In this document: positions 19,466 to 28,452 of the stretch, in pieces
Layout of the letters: every line of letters begins with the position of its first letter
Position numbering within the stretch: position 1 is the first letter of the stretch
Origin: Thecamonas trahens ATCC 50062
Lineage: Eukaryota; Protista; Apusomonadida
Length of the DNA stretch: 63,830 bases
Direction of reading: 5' to 3'
Assembly: GCF_000142905.1 (NCBI RefSeq)
Contig: NW_013657646.1
Location: 182,367 to 246,196 of the forward strand
Made by a program: the position numbers and the translations under genes
Notes under the pieces: generated by a model
The model's input: the letters and a program-made list of their open reading frames with translations, nothing else
What the model was told of the DNA's origin: nothing
Databases searched by the model: none

Positions 19466-22400
19466 ATGACAACCCTGCGGAGCGTGGTGGAGGAGACCGT
19501 GCCAGAGCTGTTCCCGGCACTGGTCAAGCATGTCTCGCATCCGTATGCCCTGGCCATGGCCCTCGACGACCTGCTCCCGGGCCCGCCGTTGCCGCCGCCC
19601 GACGCGCCTCCGCTGGCGGATGCCGTGCCGACGCTGACGCTGACAGAGGGCACCCGGGCCCTGTTCTACTCGCTGAGCAAGTCGTACCCGGGGCTATTTG
19701 GCCCGTCGTCACAGACCGCCAATCTTGAGCTCGCACTCAGCTCCATGCTGCTCTCGTCGTCGGCCGAGGCCCGCTCGACCGCAGCCTCGCCGAGCAGCAA
19801 CGCCGACGAGGTCGACGCTGCACTTGCCTCGCTGCTGAGCCCGACGCCTGCGGCGCGGCCGGGCTCGGACGGAGCTGGTCCCGATAATGCTGACAGCCCA
19901 AGTCGCAGCGCCGACGCCGGTGCGGCGCGGCACATGGATCCGCTGGTCAACACTCTTGTTGAGCACCTGGCGCAGTTGCCGCTCGAATCGTATCTGGTGG
20001 CGCAGGACGCGGTCGGCTTCCTGTATCTGCTGTTCGAAGCGCAAGTGAGTAAGGCGAGCGGAGGGCTTGGGGCTGATGGCGAGGCGCACACCGAACTCGC
20101 TAGCAACATTGCCGATCGGGTGGCCGATGCGATCCCGTCGATTTCGGCGTCGTTGTTGGCGGTGCTTATCCGCAACTACTTGCGTATTTTTGGACGAACG
20201 CTTGGCCTTTCGTCCGTGCCTGCCATCTACACACTTATTCCGTCGCATGGCGAGCTTGCGGAGCTTCGGGCTGCGTTGGCGGCGATGTCGTCTGCGGGCG
20301 AGGATCTGACGCTTGAGGCTGCCAACGACGCGCTGGAGACGCAGCGGCTTCGTGACCAGCTAGCATCGCTGTCTGGGACGGAGGCGCCAGCCGCCACGAC
20401 TGAGGCTACAGAGACGTCTGAGACGTCGATCCGGCTGATGCGGACGAATAAGGAGCTGCGGGCGAAGCTTCGCGAGGCCAAGGCAGACGCCAGCAACGAG
20501 CTCGCACAGGTCCAGGCTGAGCTCCGCGACTCGGTGCTGCGGGCAGACAACCTGGCGTACGATGTGGAGCGGCTGCAGAAGGCGCTCGATGAGCGTGTGG
20601 CCAAGGACGCGTCGCTGGAGAGCTCGCTGACCAAGCTGCAGTCCAAGGTTGCCGACCATGCGCTCGAGTCGGAACAGTTTGCGCTCGAGCGGGCTGAGCT
20701 CGAGTCGCGTGTCCGATCTCAGGCGATGGAGCTCGAGGCTCTGCGGGCGCGGGGGTGGCTGGCAACGACGACGGTGGAGATGACAGCAGCGTGGCAACGG
20801 GTCGGTCGCTGGAGACGGCATCGCCGATGGCATCGCCGCGAGTGGCGAGCACGGTGGCAGATCTTGCCGATGCGCGTGATGAGATTACGCGGCTGGAGCG
20901 GGTGATCCGAACGTCGGCGGCGACACACGCCGAGGCGCTGGACGCGTTGCAGCACGAGCTCAACGAGGCCCGGGCTGAGAATGAGCACCTGTACAAGGAG
21001 CAGGCGGCCCACGTGCGCGAGCACGCAAGCCTGCTGCGTGAGCTCGAGTCTGCACGCGACTCGGCCGACGATGTGCAGGTTGAGCGGCGGCGACTCAACG
21101 CCGTCATTGTCTCGCTCAACTCGGAGCTGAAGCATACCAAGGCTGCGGCAGAGCAGGCCCTCGAGCTGGAGAAGGAGGCGGCAGCGAACCGGGTGTTCAA
21201 GCTGGAGCGTGCCCTCACACGTGCGCAGGCGCTGGCTGACTCTGTCATCGACGCGTCTGGCGGTGATGGGCGGGGAGCAAACGGGAGCGCGGCGCTCGCC
21301 GACGCCATGCGCGAGTGGAACGAGGAGCGCAACGACTTGCTCGACCACGTGGCGCAGCTGCAGTCGAAGATTGCACGGGCGACCGACGAAAAGGCGGAGC
21401 TTGTGGCCGAGTTTGAGGAGACGCTGCGCAAGACACGTGAGGTGTACGCGTCCGAGTCCAACCGCAAGACTGCCGACGGCGAGGCGGCGCTGGAGCGCGC
21501 GCGTGCGGCAGCAGTCAAGGCGGCGCGCGAGGCCGATGCAGAAAAGGCCGAGCTGCTGGACCAGATCGACGAGCTGCAGGCGCGTAACGCGACGCTGGCA
21601 CAGCGGTGCGACACTTCGCTCGGGCACAACGAGTCTGTGCAGCTGCAGCGGCGCAAGTGGATGGACGAAAAGGCGCGGTTCCTCCGCGACGCGGAAAAGT
21701 GGCAGGTCGAGCGGTCTGCGCTCATTGCAGCCAAGACCAAGGTGCTGATGGAGCACAACGAAGAGATCAAGGTGATGCGTTGCATGTGGGATGAGGAGAA
21801 GGCATCGCAGCAGGCGCTGCTGGATGCCGCGCACGCCAAGACCAAGCTGTACAAGGGCGAGGTCGAGGAGCTCAACGCCGAGCTGGAGAAGATCCACGCC
21901 AAGCTTGCCGAAGCACAGGCCGAGCTGCGGGCGCAGCGGGCAGAGTTTGAGAGCGCGGTCAGTGTCGAGGCAGCCAAGATTTCGGCCGAAAAGGAGGCCG
22001 GGCTGACGCGGGCGCTGGCAGACGCACAAACCATGCACCAGCAGGCGATGAATGTGATCGAGGGGTACAAGAAGCAGATGCGCGAGTCGCAGCTGATTGA
22101 GGAGCAGATCGAGAGCGAGCTGGCCGAGGCTGCATCTGCGCGGGCGACCGTGGCCAAGCTGACCGAGGAGAACGCGCGTCTGAAGGAGGAAGTGGTGGCC
22201 AAGACGCAGCTCATCGAGGTCTCGTCGATCCACTCGCACCTTGCGGTCATGACCGAGTGTGAGGAGCTGAAGGCGGTCAACGCCAAGCTTGTGGCGCACA
22301 ACAAGACGCTCGACAAAGGCCTGCGCAACACCAACCTCGCGCAGCAGCGGTTGGCGGCGGCGCTGGCGTCATCGAACGCCAAGGTCGAGACGTGGAAGCG

Positions 22401-22563
22401 CAAGGCGCTGAACCTCCGCGACAAGCTCGACCGGATGGAGCGGCTCGGCGGTTCGCGCCTGGGCAACGAGCGACGAAGCAATGCTGCGGCATCGTCATCG
22501 TTCATGGTTGCCGCTGCTGCGTCGATGCGTAACGCCGGATCGACACCGCAGCTGCGGCGTTGA
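19466..22563 (+). CDS. Long coiled-coil protein with N-terminal degenerate RhoGAP-like domain; apparent frameshift at G-run 20751-20755
   Basis: VPELFPALVKHV..LAQLPLESYLVAQDAVGFL..LLAVLIRNYLRIFG followed by roughly 700 aa rich in heptads. ORFs join on adding one G. Confidence 0.7.
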
Positions 22564-22881
22564 GCCTTCTTGCGTCCTGCTGCCGATGTGCTGGATACAG
22601 AATGAAATGGCCGGGCTGGCGGTTGCAGGCAGAGTGCCCGAGTTCGGCCGTTGTTCAGTGTTTGGCGGGGAGGAGGCGGCCGCCACGCCAGATGAGCCAC
22701 CCACCCCTTTCCCCACCCCTTTACGCACACTCGTCTTGGCGCTGGTGTAGCGCGAGGCGACTGAGCGCAGCGGGGCGGTTGAGCCAGGCAAGGCAAGGCG
22801 AGGCGAGCCGAGGGGGGCACAAGCCGGCGAGAAGGCGAGCAGAGAGCAGGTGGCGGGCGTGGGCGGCGGGTCGAGGGCGGC

Positions 22882-24576
22882 ATGAAGAAGACGGTGACGG
22901 TGCGGCGCAAGTCGCGGCGCAAGCGCAAACGGGTGCCTCGACCGCATAGCGCTACGGCGAGCGGCGGTAGCAGTTGCGGTAGCAGTAGCAGTACCAGTAG
23001 TAGTAGCAGCAGCAGCCGTCGCGATGGCGATGATGGTCGGGACCGTGGCGGCCGACGACGGGGGGCGCGGGCGAGAGGCAAGGGCAAGGACAGGGAGGAG
23101 GGGAAGGACAAGGGGCAGAGCAGCAAGGGCAGATCATCAGCCAAGGACCGTCAGGGCAAGTCGTCGGCCAAGGACCGTAAGGACAAGTCGTCGGCCAAGA
23201 GCCGCAAGGGCAAGTCGTCGGCCAAGAGCCGCAAGGGCAAGTCGTCGGCCAAGAGCCGCAAGGGCAAGTCGTCGGCCAAGAGCCGTAAGGGCAAGTCGTC
23301 GGCCGAGGACCGAAAGGGCAAGTCGTCGGCCAAGGACCGTAGGGGCAAGTCGTCGGCCAAGGACCGAAAGGGCAAGTCGTCGGCCAAGAGCCGCAAGGGC
23401 AAGTCGCCGGCCAAGGGCGGTGGGTCGTCGTCGCCAACCTCGCCCTCCTCCACCTCCTCCACCTCTACAACCTCCAGGGACAAGGATAAGACCAAAGCCA
23501 AGAGAGGACGCAAGGCCAAGTCGCGTGGGAAGCGCGCATCGTACTTGAGGCCGTCAATGTCGCGCTCACGAATGGGTTCGACGGTGCGGGCGTGGGCTGT
23601 GCCGTCCAAGTCCAAGCTACGCCTACTGGCGGATGAGGGCAAGATCGGGGCCAGCGAGCTGAAGAAGCTGGCCAAGCGGCTGCGCGGGAAGCGCACCATC
23701 TCGCTGGGCAAGTTTATGGCGGCAGCGTTGGCAAGCGGTATTGTGTCGCGGCGACGGCGGCTTGGCCTGTGGGCCATGCTCGCCACTTCGGCCAACAAGC
23801 TCAACGTGCACGAGCTGGATTTGTACGTGGCGTTGATGACCGGGACGTCAGCGGCGACGATGCTTGCGGGTTGGGCGCGTGTCTTCGACCGCGGCTCGCG
23901 CGGACTCGATGCCGCCGCAGTGCGGAACATGTTTGTGGCGGCGGCGGTGACCAAGACTCGTTGCGACTTTGCCTTGCCCGGCATCCACAAGGCGACCAAG
24001 TCGACGCCGCTGCGGTTTGCTTATTCGAACGATGATGCACAGCCTTTCTTGGCGGCGGCAGACGCGTTCTTTGCACGCGCGGTCCGCAAGACTGCATCGA
24101 GCAAGTATATCACCGCCGACGAGTTTGCTCGGATGCGCAAGGCCAAGGAGCTTGGGCCGATTGTGGCGTACTTTACCTCGGTTGCGCGGGCGCTGCCGAG
24201 TTCGCGCGGTGCAACGTCATCCGATTCGGGTTCGGGTAGCTCGGGCAGCTCGGATAGCTCGTCGGCGTACTCGTCGGCACCGTCGTACTCGTCGGGGCGG
24301 GGCCTGCAAACCTCGGTGTTTGTTGACGAGGTGAAGCGGCCACGTGGGGCGCGGTACCGGCGCGACCACAACGATACCGGGCGGGCGGACACGCGGTCGC
24401 ACATTCGATCACGGGCGCGCGAGTACCTCTCTGGCGCGTCGATGGGCGGCTCGGGCTCGTCGAGCAAGCGGGCGTCGAGCTCGCGCAAGGCATCGGCGCG
24501 TGTCCGGCGTGACGAGCTCGACGACGCTGACGTTTTTCACCTCGGCCATTGGGCGGATCTGTACTCGGAGCTGTGA
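22882..24576 (+). CDS. Highly basic protein with 10 x SSAK(S/D)RKGK repeats and degenerate EF-hand-like core
   Basis: 27-bp repeat; ISLGKFM, LNVHELD, RVFDRGSRGLD, YITADEF resemble decayed calcineurin-B/NCS EF-hands. Confidence 0.7.
   Translation: MKKTVTVRRKSRRKRKRVPRPHSATASGGSSCGSSSSTSSSSSSSRRDGDDGRDRGGRRRGARARGKGKDREEGKDKGQSSKGRSSAKDRQGKSSAKDRKDKSSAKSRKGKSSAKSRKGKSSAKSRKGKSSAKSRKGKSSAEDRKGKSSAKDRRGKSSAKDRKGKSSAKSRKGKSPAKGGGSSSPTSPSSTSSTSTTSRDKDKTKAKRGRKAKSRGKRASYLRPSMSRSRMGSTVRAWAVPSKSKLRLLADEGKIGASELKKLAKRLRGKRTISLGKFMAAALASGIVSRRRRLGLWAMLATSANKLNVHELDLYVALMTGTSAATMLAGWARVFDRGSRGLDAAAVRNMFVAAAVTKTRCDFALPGIHKATKSTPLRFAYSNDDAQPFLAAADAFFARAVRKTASSKYITADEFARMRKAKELGPIVAYFTSVARALPSSRGATSSDSGSGSSGSSDSSSAYSSAPSYSSGRGLQTSVFVDEVKRPRGARYRRDHNDTGRADTRSHIRSRAREYLSGASMGGSGSSSKRASSSRKASARVRRDELDDADVFHLGHWADLYSEL
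23134..23415 (+). repeat. 27-bp coding tandem repeat, about 10 copies
   Basis: tcgtcggccaag(agccgc/gaccgn)aagggcaag units. Confidence 0.93.
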
Positions 24577-24659
24577 CTGTGGCGGAGCTGCGGGGGGAGA
24601 GTAAAGGTCGAGGATGGTACATTTAATACGGATCAGCGTGAATCGCGTCAAGCGCGCGC

Positions 24660-25433
24660 CTACCGGCGGTTGGCAGCCTTCTTCTTGGTCCGGGCAGCCT
24701 TGTTGGCCTTGGTCTTGGCCGAGGCCTTGGACGTCTTCTTGGTCGACTTGGCCTTGACGCCCTTGCGGGCACCCTTCTTGGCGGCGGCCTTCTTGGTCGT
24801 CTTCTTGGTGGCGGCCTTCTTGGTGGCGGTCTTCTTGGTCGTCTTCTTGGTGGCGGCCTTCTTGGTCGACTTCTTGGTCGACTTCTTGGTCGTCTTCTTG
24901 GTTGTCTTCTTGGTCGTCTTCTTGGTGGCGGCCTTCTTGGTCGGCTTCTTGGCAGCAGCCTTCTGCACACAGTGCAGCCGGCGTAAGCAACTCTGGTGTG
25001 AGTTGTGCGCTGCGCGGAGGTGCAGAGTGCCGGGTGCAGGGAGGGGACCGACGGCGCGGAAAAAGTGGCGCCAAAAAGATGCGACGCCACCAACTGCCAG
25101 GCGGGGGTGGGTGCGGGCAAGACGGGGGGTGGGGAGGTGGCAGCTTGCGGGAGGGGAGAAGATACGTACGGCCGCCTTGGCGAGAGCCTTCTTGGTCTCG
25201 GGCGCGAGCTTGAAGGAGGCGCGGTACTGGACGAGGGTGCCCTTCTCCAGCTCGCGACGGAGGGTCTTGCGGAGGTAGAGGGCGAGCTTGTCGTCGGAGA
25301 CCTTGTAGTTGGCCTGGATCCACTTGCCGATGGCGTGCTGCGACGAACCAGTGCGGTCCGCCATGTCGGCAACAGCCTCGAAGATCATGTCCGCATACCG
25401 CGGGAGCTTGACGGGTGCCTTTGACTTGGCCAT
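24660..25433 (-). CDS. H1: Linker histone H1; 2 exons (25433-25170, 24962-24660)
   Basis: Winged-helix globular domain YADMIFEAV..GSSQHAIGKWIQANY..GTLVQYRASFKL; K/A/T-rich tail; 207-nt GTACGT..CAG intron 24963-25169. Confidence 0.93.
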   Translation of the reverse strand: MAKSKAPVKLPRYADMIFEAVADMADRTGSSQHAIGKWIQANYKVSDDKLALYLRKTLRRELEKGTLVQYRASFKLAPETKKALAKAAVRIFSPPASCHLPTPRLARTHPRLAVGGVASFWRHFFRAVGPLPAPGTLHLRAAHNSHQSCLRRLHCVQKAAAKKPTKKAATKKTTKKTTKKTTKKSTKKSTKKAATKKTTKKTATKKAATKKTTKKAAAKKGARKGVKAKSTKKTSKASAKTKANKAARTKKKAANRR

Positions 25434-25885
25434 AGTGGTGCTTACGAGGAGTGTGTTCCCAGCCCGTCACCGCCAAATCTACCTTGTTGGCCGCCCCCAA
25501 AAAAACGTCGCCTCGCCGCCCGTCGACCGTCACACGCTCGCCAGTGTGCACCACCCGCTGCGCATCCTCGTGTCGTTCCAGTTCCAGCCAATCCGCGCTT
25601 GGCGGGCCAAGTGGAAAGCGGTTGTCACCGCATGGCGCGCAGGTTGCGGCGTCGATGCCGGGCGTGCCTGGCGCCCAGAGCCGCGAAAGGCGCGACGTGC
25701 CGGTAGAATCAAGGTGTCGCTCGTACCCCGACCCTTCGTCCAGCATCGATTGCCATCGCGGCGCAAGTTATGTCCACACAAGCGCGGCTTGCCCCGATGG
25801 TGATATGTGTGTGGTACTGGTGGTTGCGGGGTGTGTGTAGGCTGCTTGGATGAGGTAGATCAAGCGGATGGTGGCGGCGCGCAGT

Positions 25886-25987
25886 GTGTACGTACACGCA
25901 CCTAATTGCTCGTACACGACCTCGATACTGTACGTACACCACCAAATTTGTACGTACAGGGTGATCAGACAGGCGCGGGCATAAAAG
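25886..25987 (+). promoter_or_regulatory. Putative histone promoter: three palindromic TGTACGTACA boxes and a CATAAAA TATA-like element
   Basis: Copies at 25887-25896, 25929-25938 and 25949-25958; cataaaag at 25980-25987, about 60 nt before the H3 ATG. Confidence 0.55.
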
Positions 25988-26048
25988 CAGCGCATGTTTC
26001 GCGGAGGAGATGGACGTCTGCATAGGCATCCCAACCAAACACTTCAAC

Positions 26049-26462
26049 ATGGCTCGTACCAAGCAGACCGCCCGCAAGTCCGCCACCGGTGCCAAGGCAC
26101 CGCGCAAGTCGCTCGCCACGAAGGCCGCGCGCAAGTCGGCGCCGGCCACCGGCGGCGTCAAGAAGGCCCACCGCTACCGCCCGGGTACCGTCGCTCTCCG
26201 TGAGATCCGCAAGTACCAGAAGTCGACTGAGCTCCTCATCCGCCGCCTTCCGTTCCAGCGCCTCGTCCGTGAGCTCGCCCAGGAGTTCAAGGCTGACCTC
26301 CGCTTCCAGTCGTCGGCTATCGCCGCCCTCCAGGAGGCCACCGAGGCCTACCTCGTCTCGATCTTCGAGGACACCAACCTGTGCGCCATCCACGCCAAGC
26401 GTGTGACCATCATGGTCAAGGACCTCTCGCTCTCGCGCCGCATCCGTGGCGAGCGCGCCTAA
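26049..26462 (+). CDS. H3: Histone H3 (variant, one-residue tail insertion), intronless
   Basis: [20 protein letters not shown]...[12 protein letters not shown]...RRIRGERA. Confidence 0.98.
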   Translation: MARTKQTARKSATGAKAPRKSLATKAARKSAPATGGVKKAHRYRPGTVALREIRKYQKSTELLIRRLPFQRLVRELAQEFKADLRFQSSAIAALQEATEAYLVSIFEDTNLCAIHAKRVTIMVKDLSLSRRIRGERA

Positions 26463-26516
26463 GCGTCTCTTTGCTGTCTTGGCTCGCCAAGATGGCATCC
26501 ACCGCAACTACAACCT

Positions 26517-26532
26517 GGTTCTTTTTAGAACC
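26517..26532 (+). promoter_or_regulatory. Histone 3' UTR stem-loop
   Basis: GGTTCT-TTTT-AGAACC followed by ACCC, 54 nt after the H3 stop; fits the GGYYYT-TTTH-ARRRCC-AC consensus. Confidence 0.88.
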
Positions 26533-26733
26533 ACCCCCGTCTGGCAATGGGAAACAGAATGAACGCAACCACTACCGCAGCCACCATCATGCGACCACTG
26601 CCCCGTGACAGCCCACCTACTATGCTTGTTCACACACACACGCGCGCGCGGGTGTGTGTGTGTGTGTGTGTCTGTGTGTGTGTTCAGCCCCGAATCCGAA
26701 ACTGCTACATCTCTTGGTCTTGAGTGTATTACC

Positions 26734-27660
26734 TCACTTGCGCGCCACGGTGCGGACAACCTGGGCCGACTTGACGACGGCCCACGTCAGGCGCTTCATG
26801 TAAAAGGTGCCAGCGCCGACGAGGCCGAGGAAGACAAGGGCGGTGAGACCGGCAAGGCGGCGCTCCTCGAGCTCGGGCTCGGCGACCCAGGCGAGGAACA
26901 TGGTGACGTCCTTGGCAGCCTGCGAGGCCGTACCCGGGGTGCCATCCTCAAACTCGACCAGGCCGTCCTCGAGGGCCTTGGCCATGCCGATGGCGCCGCC
27001 GGGGAAGTACGGGTTGTAGTGGAGGCCGTCGCGGAGCTCGACGCCCGCCGGCGGGTCCTCCGGGTAGCCGGTGAGGAGCGCAAAGACGTAGTTGGCGCCG
27101 TCGTGGCGGGCCTTGACAATGAGCGAAAGGTCCGGCGGGAGCGCGCCGTTGTTGGCCTTGCGCGCAATCTCCTCGTTCGCGTACGGCCGCGGGAAGTAGT
27201 CCGAGAGCTTGCCGGGGCGCATGAACATCTCGCCCTCGTCGTTGGGCCCGTCCTCGACCTCGATCTCCGCCGCCAGAGCCTTAGCCTCCTCCTCGGTGTA
27301 TGCCACGCCGACAAGGTTGCGGTACGCCAGCCGGTCGAGCGAGTGGCACGTCGCGCACACCTCCTTGAACACCTGGTGCCCGCGCCGGATCGACGCGTGG
27401 TCGTACGTGTCGGTCCATCCGGTGTGGTCCCACGGGTACGACGGCGGGTGAAGCGCGTCGGACGCGTACACAGCCCCAGCCCCAGACTCGGTTGCGTAGT
27501 AGAAGCCCACGCCAGCAGTCACCACGCCCGCAAGTCCGAGCGCGTCCTTGACCCACGACGCCTTCTTCCCGGCGCCCGCAGCCGCCGTCGTCGACGCCGC
27601 ACGCGCCATCGCCCGGGTGCTCTGCACCGCAGAGCGCACAATACCACTACGCGCAAACAT
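26734..27660 (-). CDS. CYC1: Cytochrome c1, mitochondrial (complex III)
   Basis: Presequence; [26 protein letters not shown] heme motif, [24 protein letters not shown]-terminal TM. Confidence 0.98.
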   Translation of the reverse strand: MFARSGIVRSAVQSTRAMARAASTTAAAGAGKKASWVKDALGLAGVVTAGVGFYYATESGAGAVYASDALHPPSYPWDHTGWTDTYDHASIRRGHQVFKEVCATCHSLDRLAYRNLVGVAYTEEEAKALAAEIEVEDGPNDEGEMFMRPGKLSDYFPRPYANEEIARKANNGALPPDLSLIVKARHDGANYVFALLTGYPEDPPAGVELRDGLHYNPYFPGGAIGMAKALEDGLVEFEDGTPGTASQAAKDVTMFLAWVAEPELEERRLAGLTALVFLGLVGAGTFYMKRLTWAVVKSAQVVRTVARK

Positions 27661-28452
27661 CGGTCCTTCCGACCTGTCCACAAAAACACGCCCACCCGCA
27701 CACATACGTCAGTCTCTCCGCCCACAGCTGGCCCTTGGGCCGCTCGCCCGCCGTCTCGTCTGCTCACGACGCGTCGCCAAAAAATTCCCCCCTCCCCGCC
27801 GTCCTCGCCCTTCTCCCCGCCTGCTCTCCACGCTCCGCCTCAGCCGCCACCGCACCACACCAATGTCCACACCGCTACGTTCTATTGGAACTCCATCTCT
27901 CCTGGCCGTCCAGCGCCCCCTCCTCTAACCCTCGCCCGCTTCCCAGCGCCTCGCCCGCCCACCAGCCCTCGACTGCGAGGGGATGCCCGCACCGCCACAC
28001 ACAACGCCCTGCACACGGCGACAGCTCGCTCCTGCACCCGCCTTTGCCACCGCAAGCCATACTCGTTGTCGTCCTCTTCTATAGCTGTAACGTACCAGTT
28101 GGCAAGAGACGAGTGTGCTCACCGCTTGTTGTGGGAAGGCCAAACCTGCGTACCTTCCTCACTCCCGCTGCCGCCGCCCGACCATGGCCCGACAGCCGGC
28201 GGTCGGCCAACCGGCCGGCAATTTGGCACTCGGCCCCAACCGCAGCCGCCAGCCACCAGCCACCAGCCATCAGCCGCCTGTCGTTCACTTCCTTTTTTTT
28301 TCCATTGACTTTGCTGCTCTGTGCAAGCCACGTCCAATCAACACCCCTTCCGCACGGCGTCCACCACCACATCCGTAGCCCCACGTCCACACTCGCCATT
28401 CCTCTCCCGCCGTCATCCTCTCCATCCTCTCCATCCTCTCCACGCGCTAGCC

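Noticed and set aside
20406-23144. 912-aa and 526-aa minus-strand ORFs
   Set aside because: Antisense shadows of the GC3-rich coiled-coil gene (S/A/R-rich, no domains).
26605-28308. 567-aa plus-strand ORF
   Set aside because: Antisense to cytochrome c1 plus low-complexity promoter sequence.
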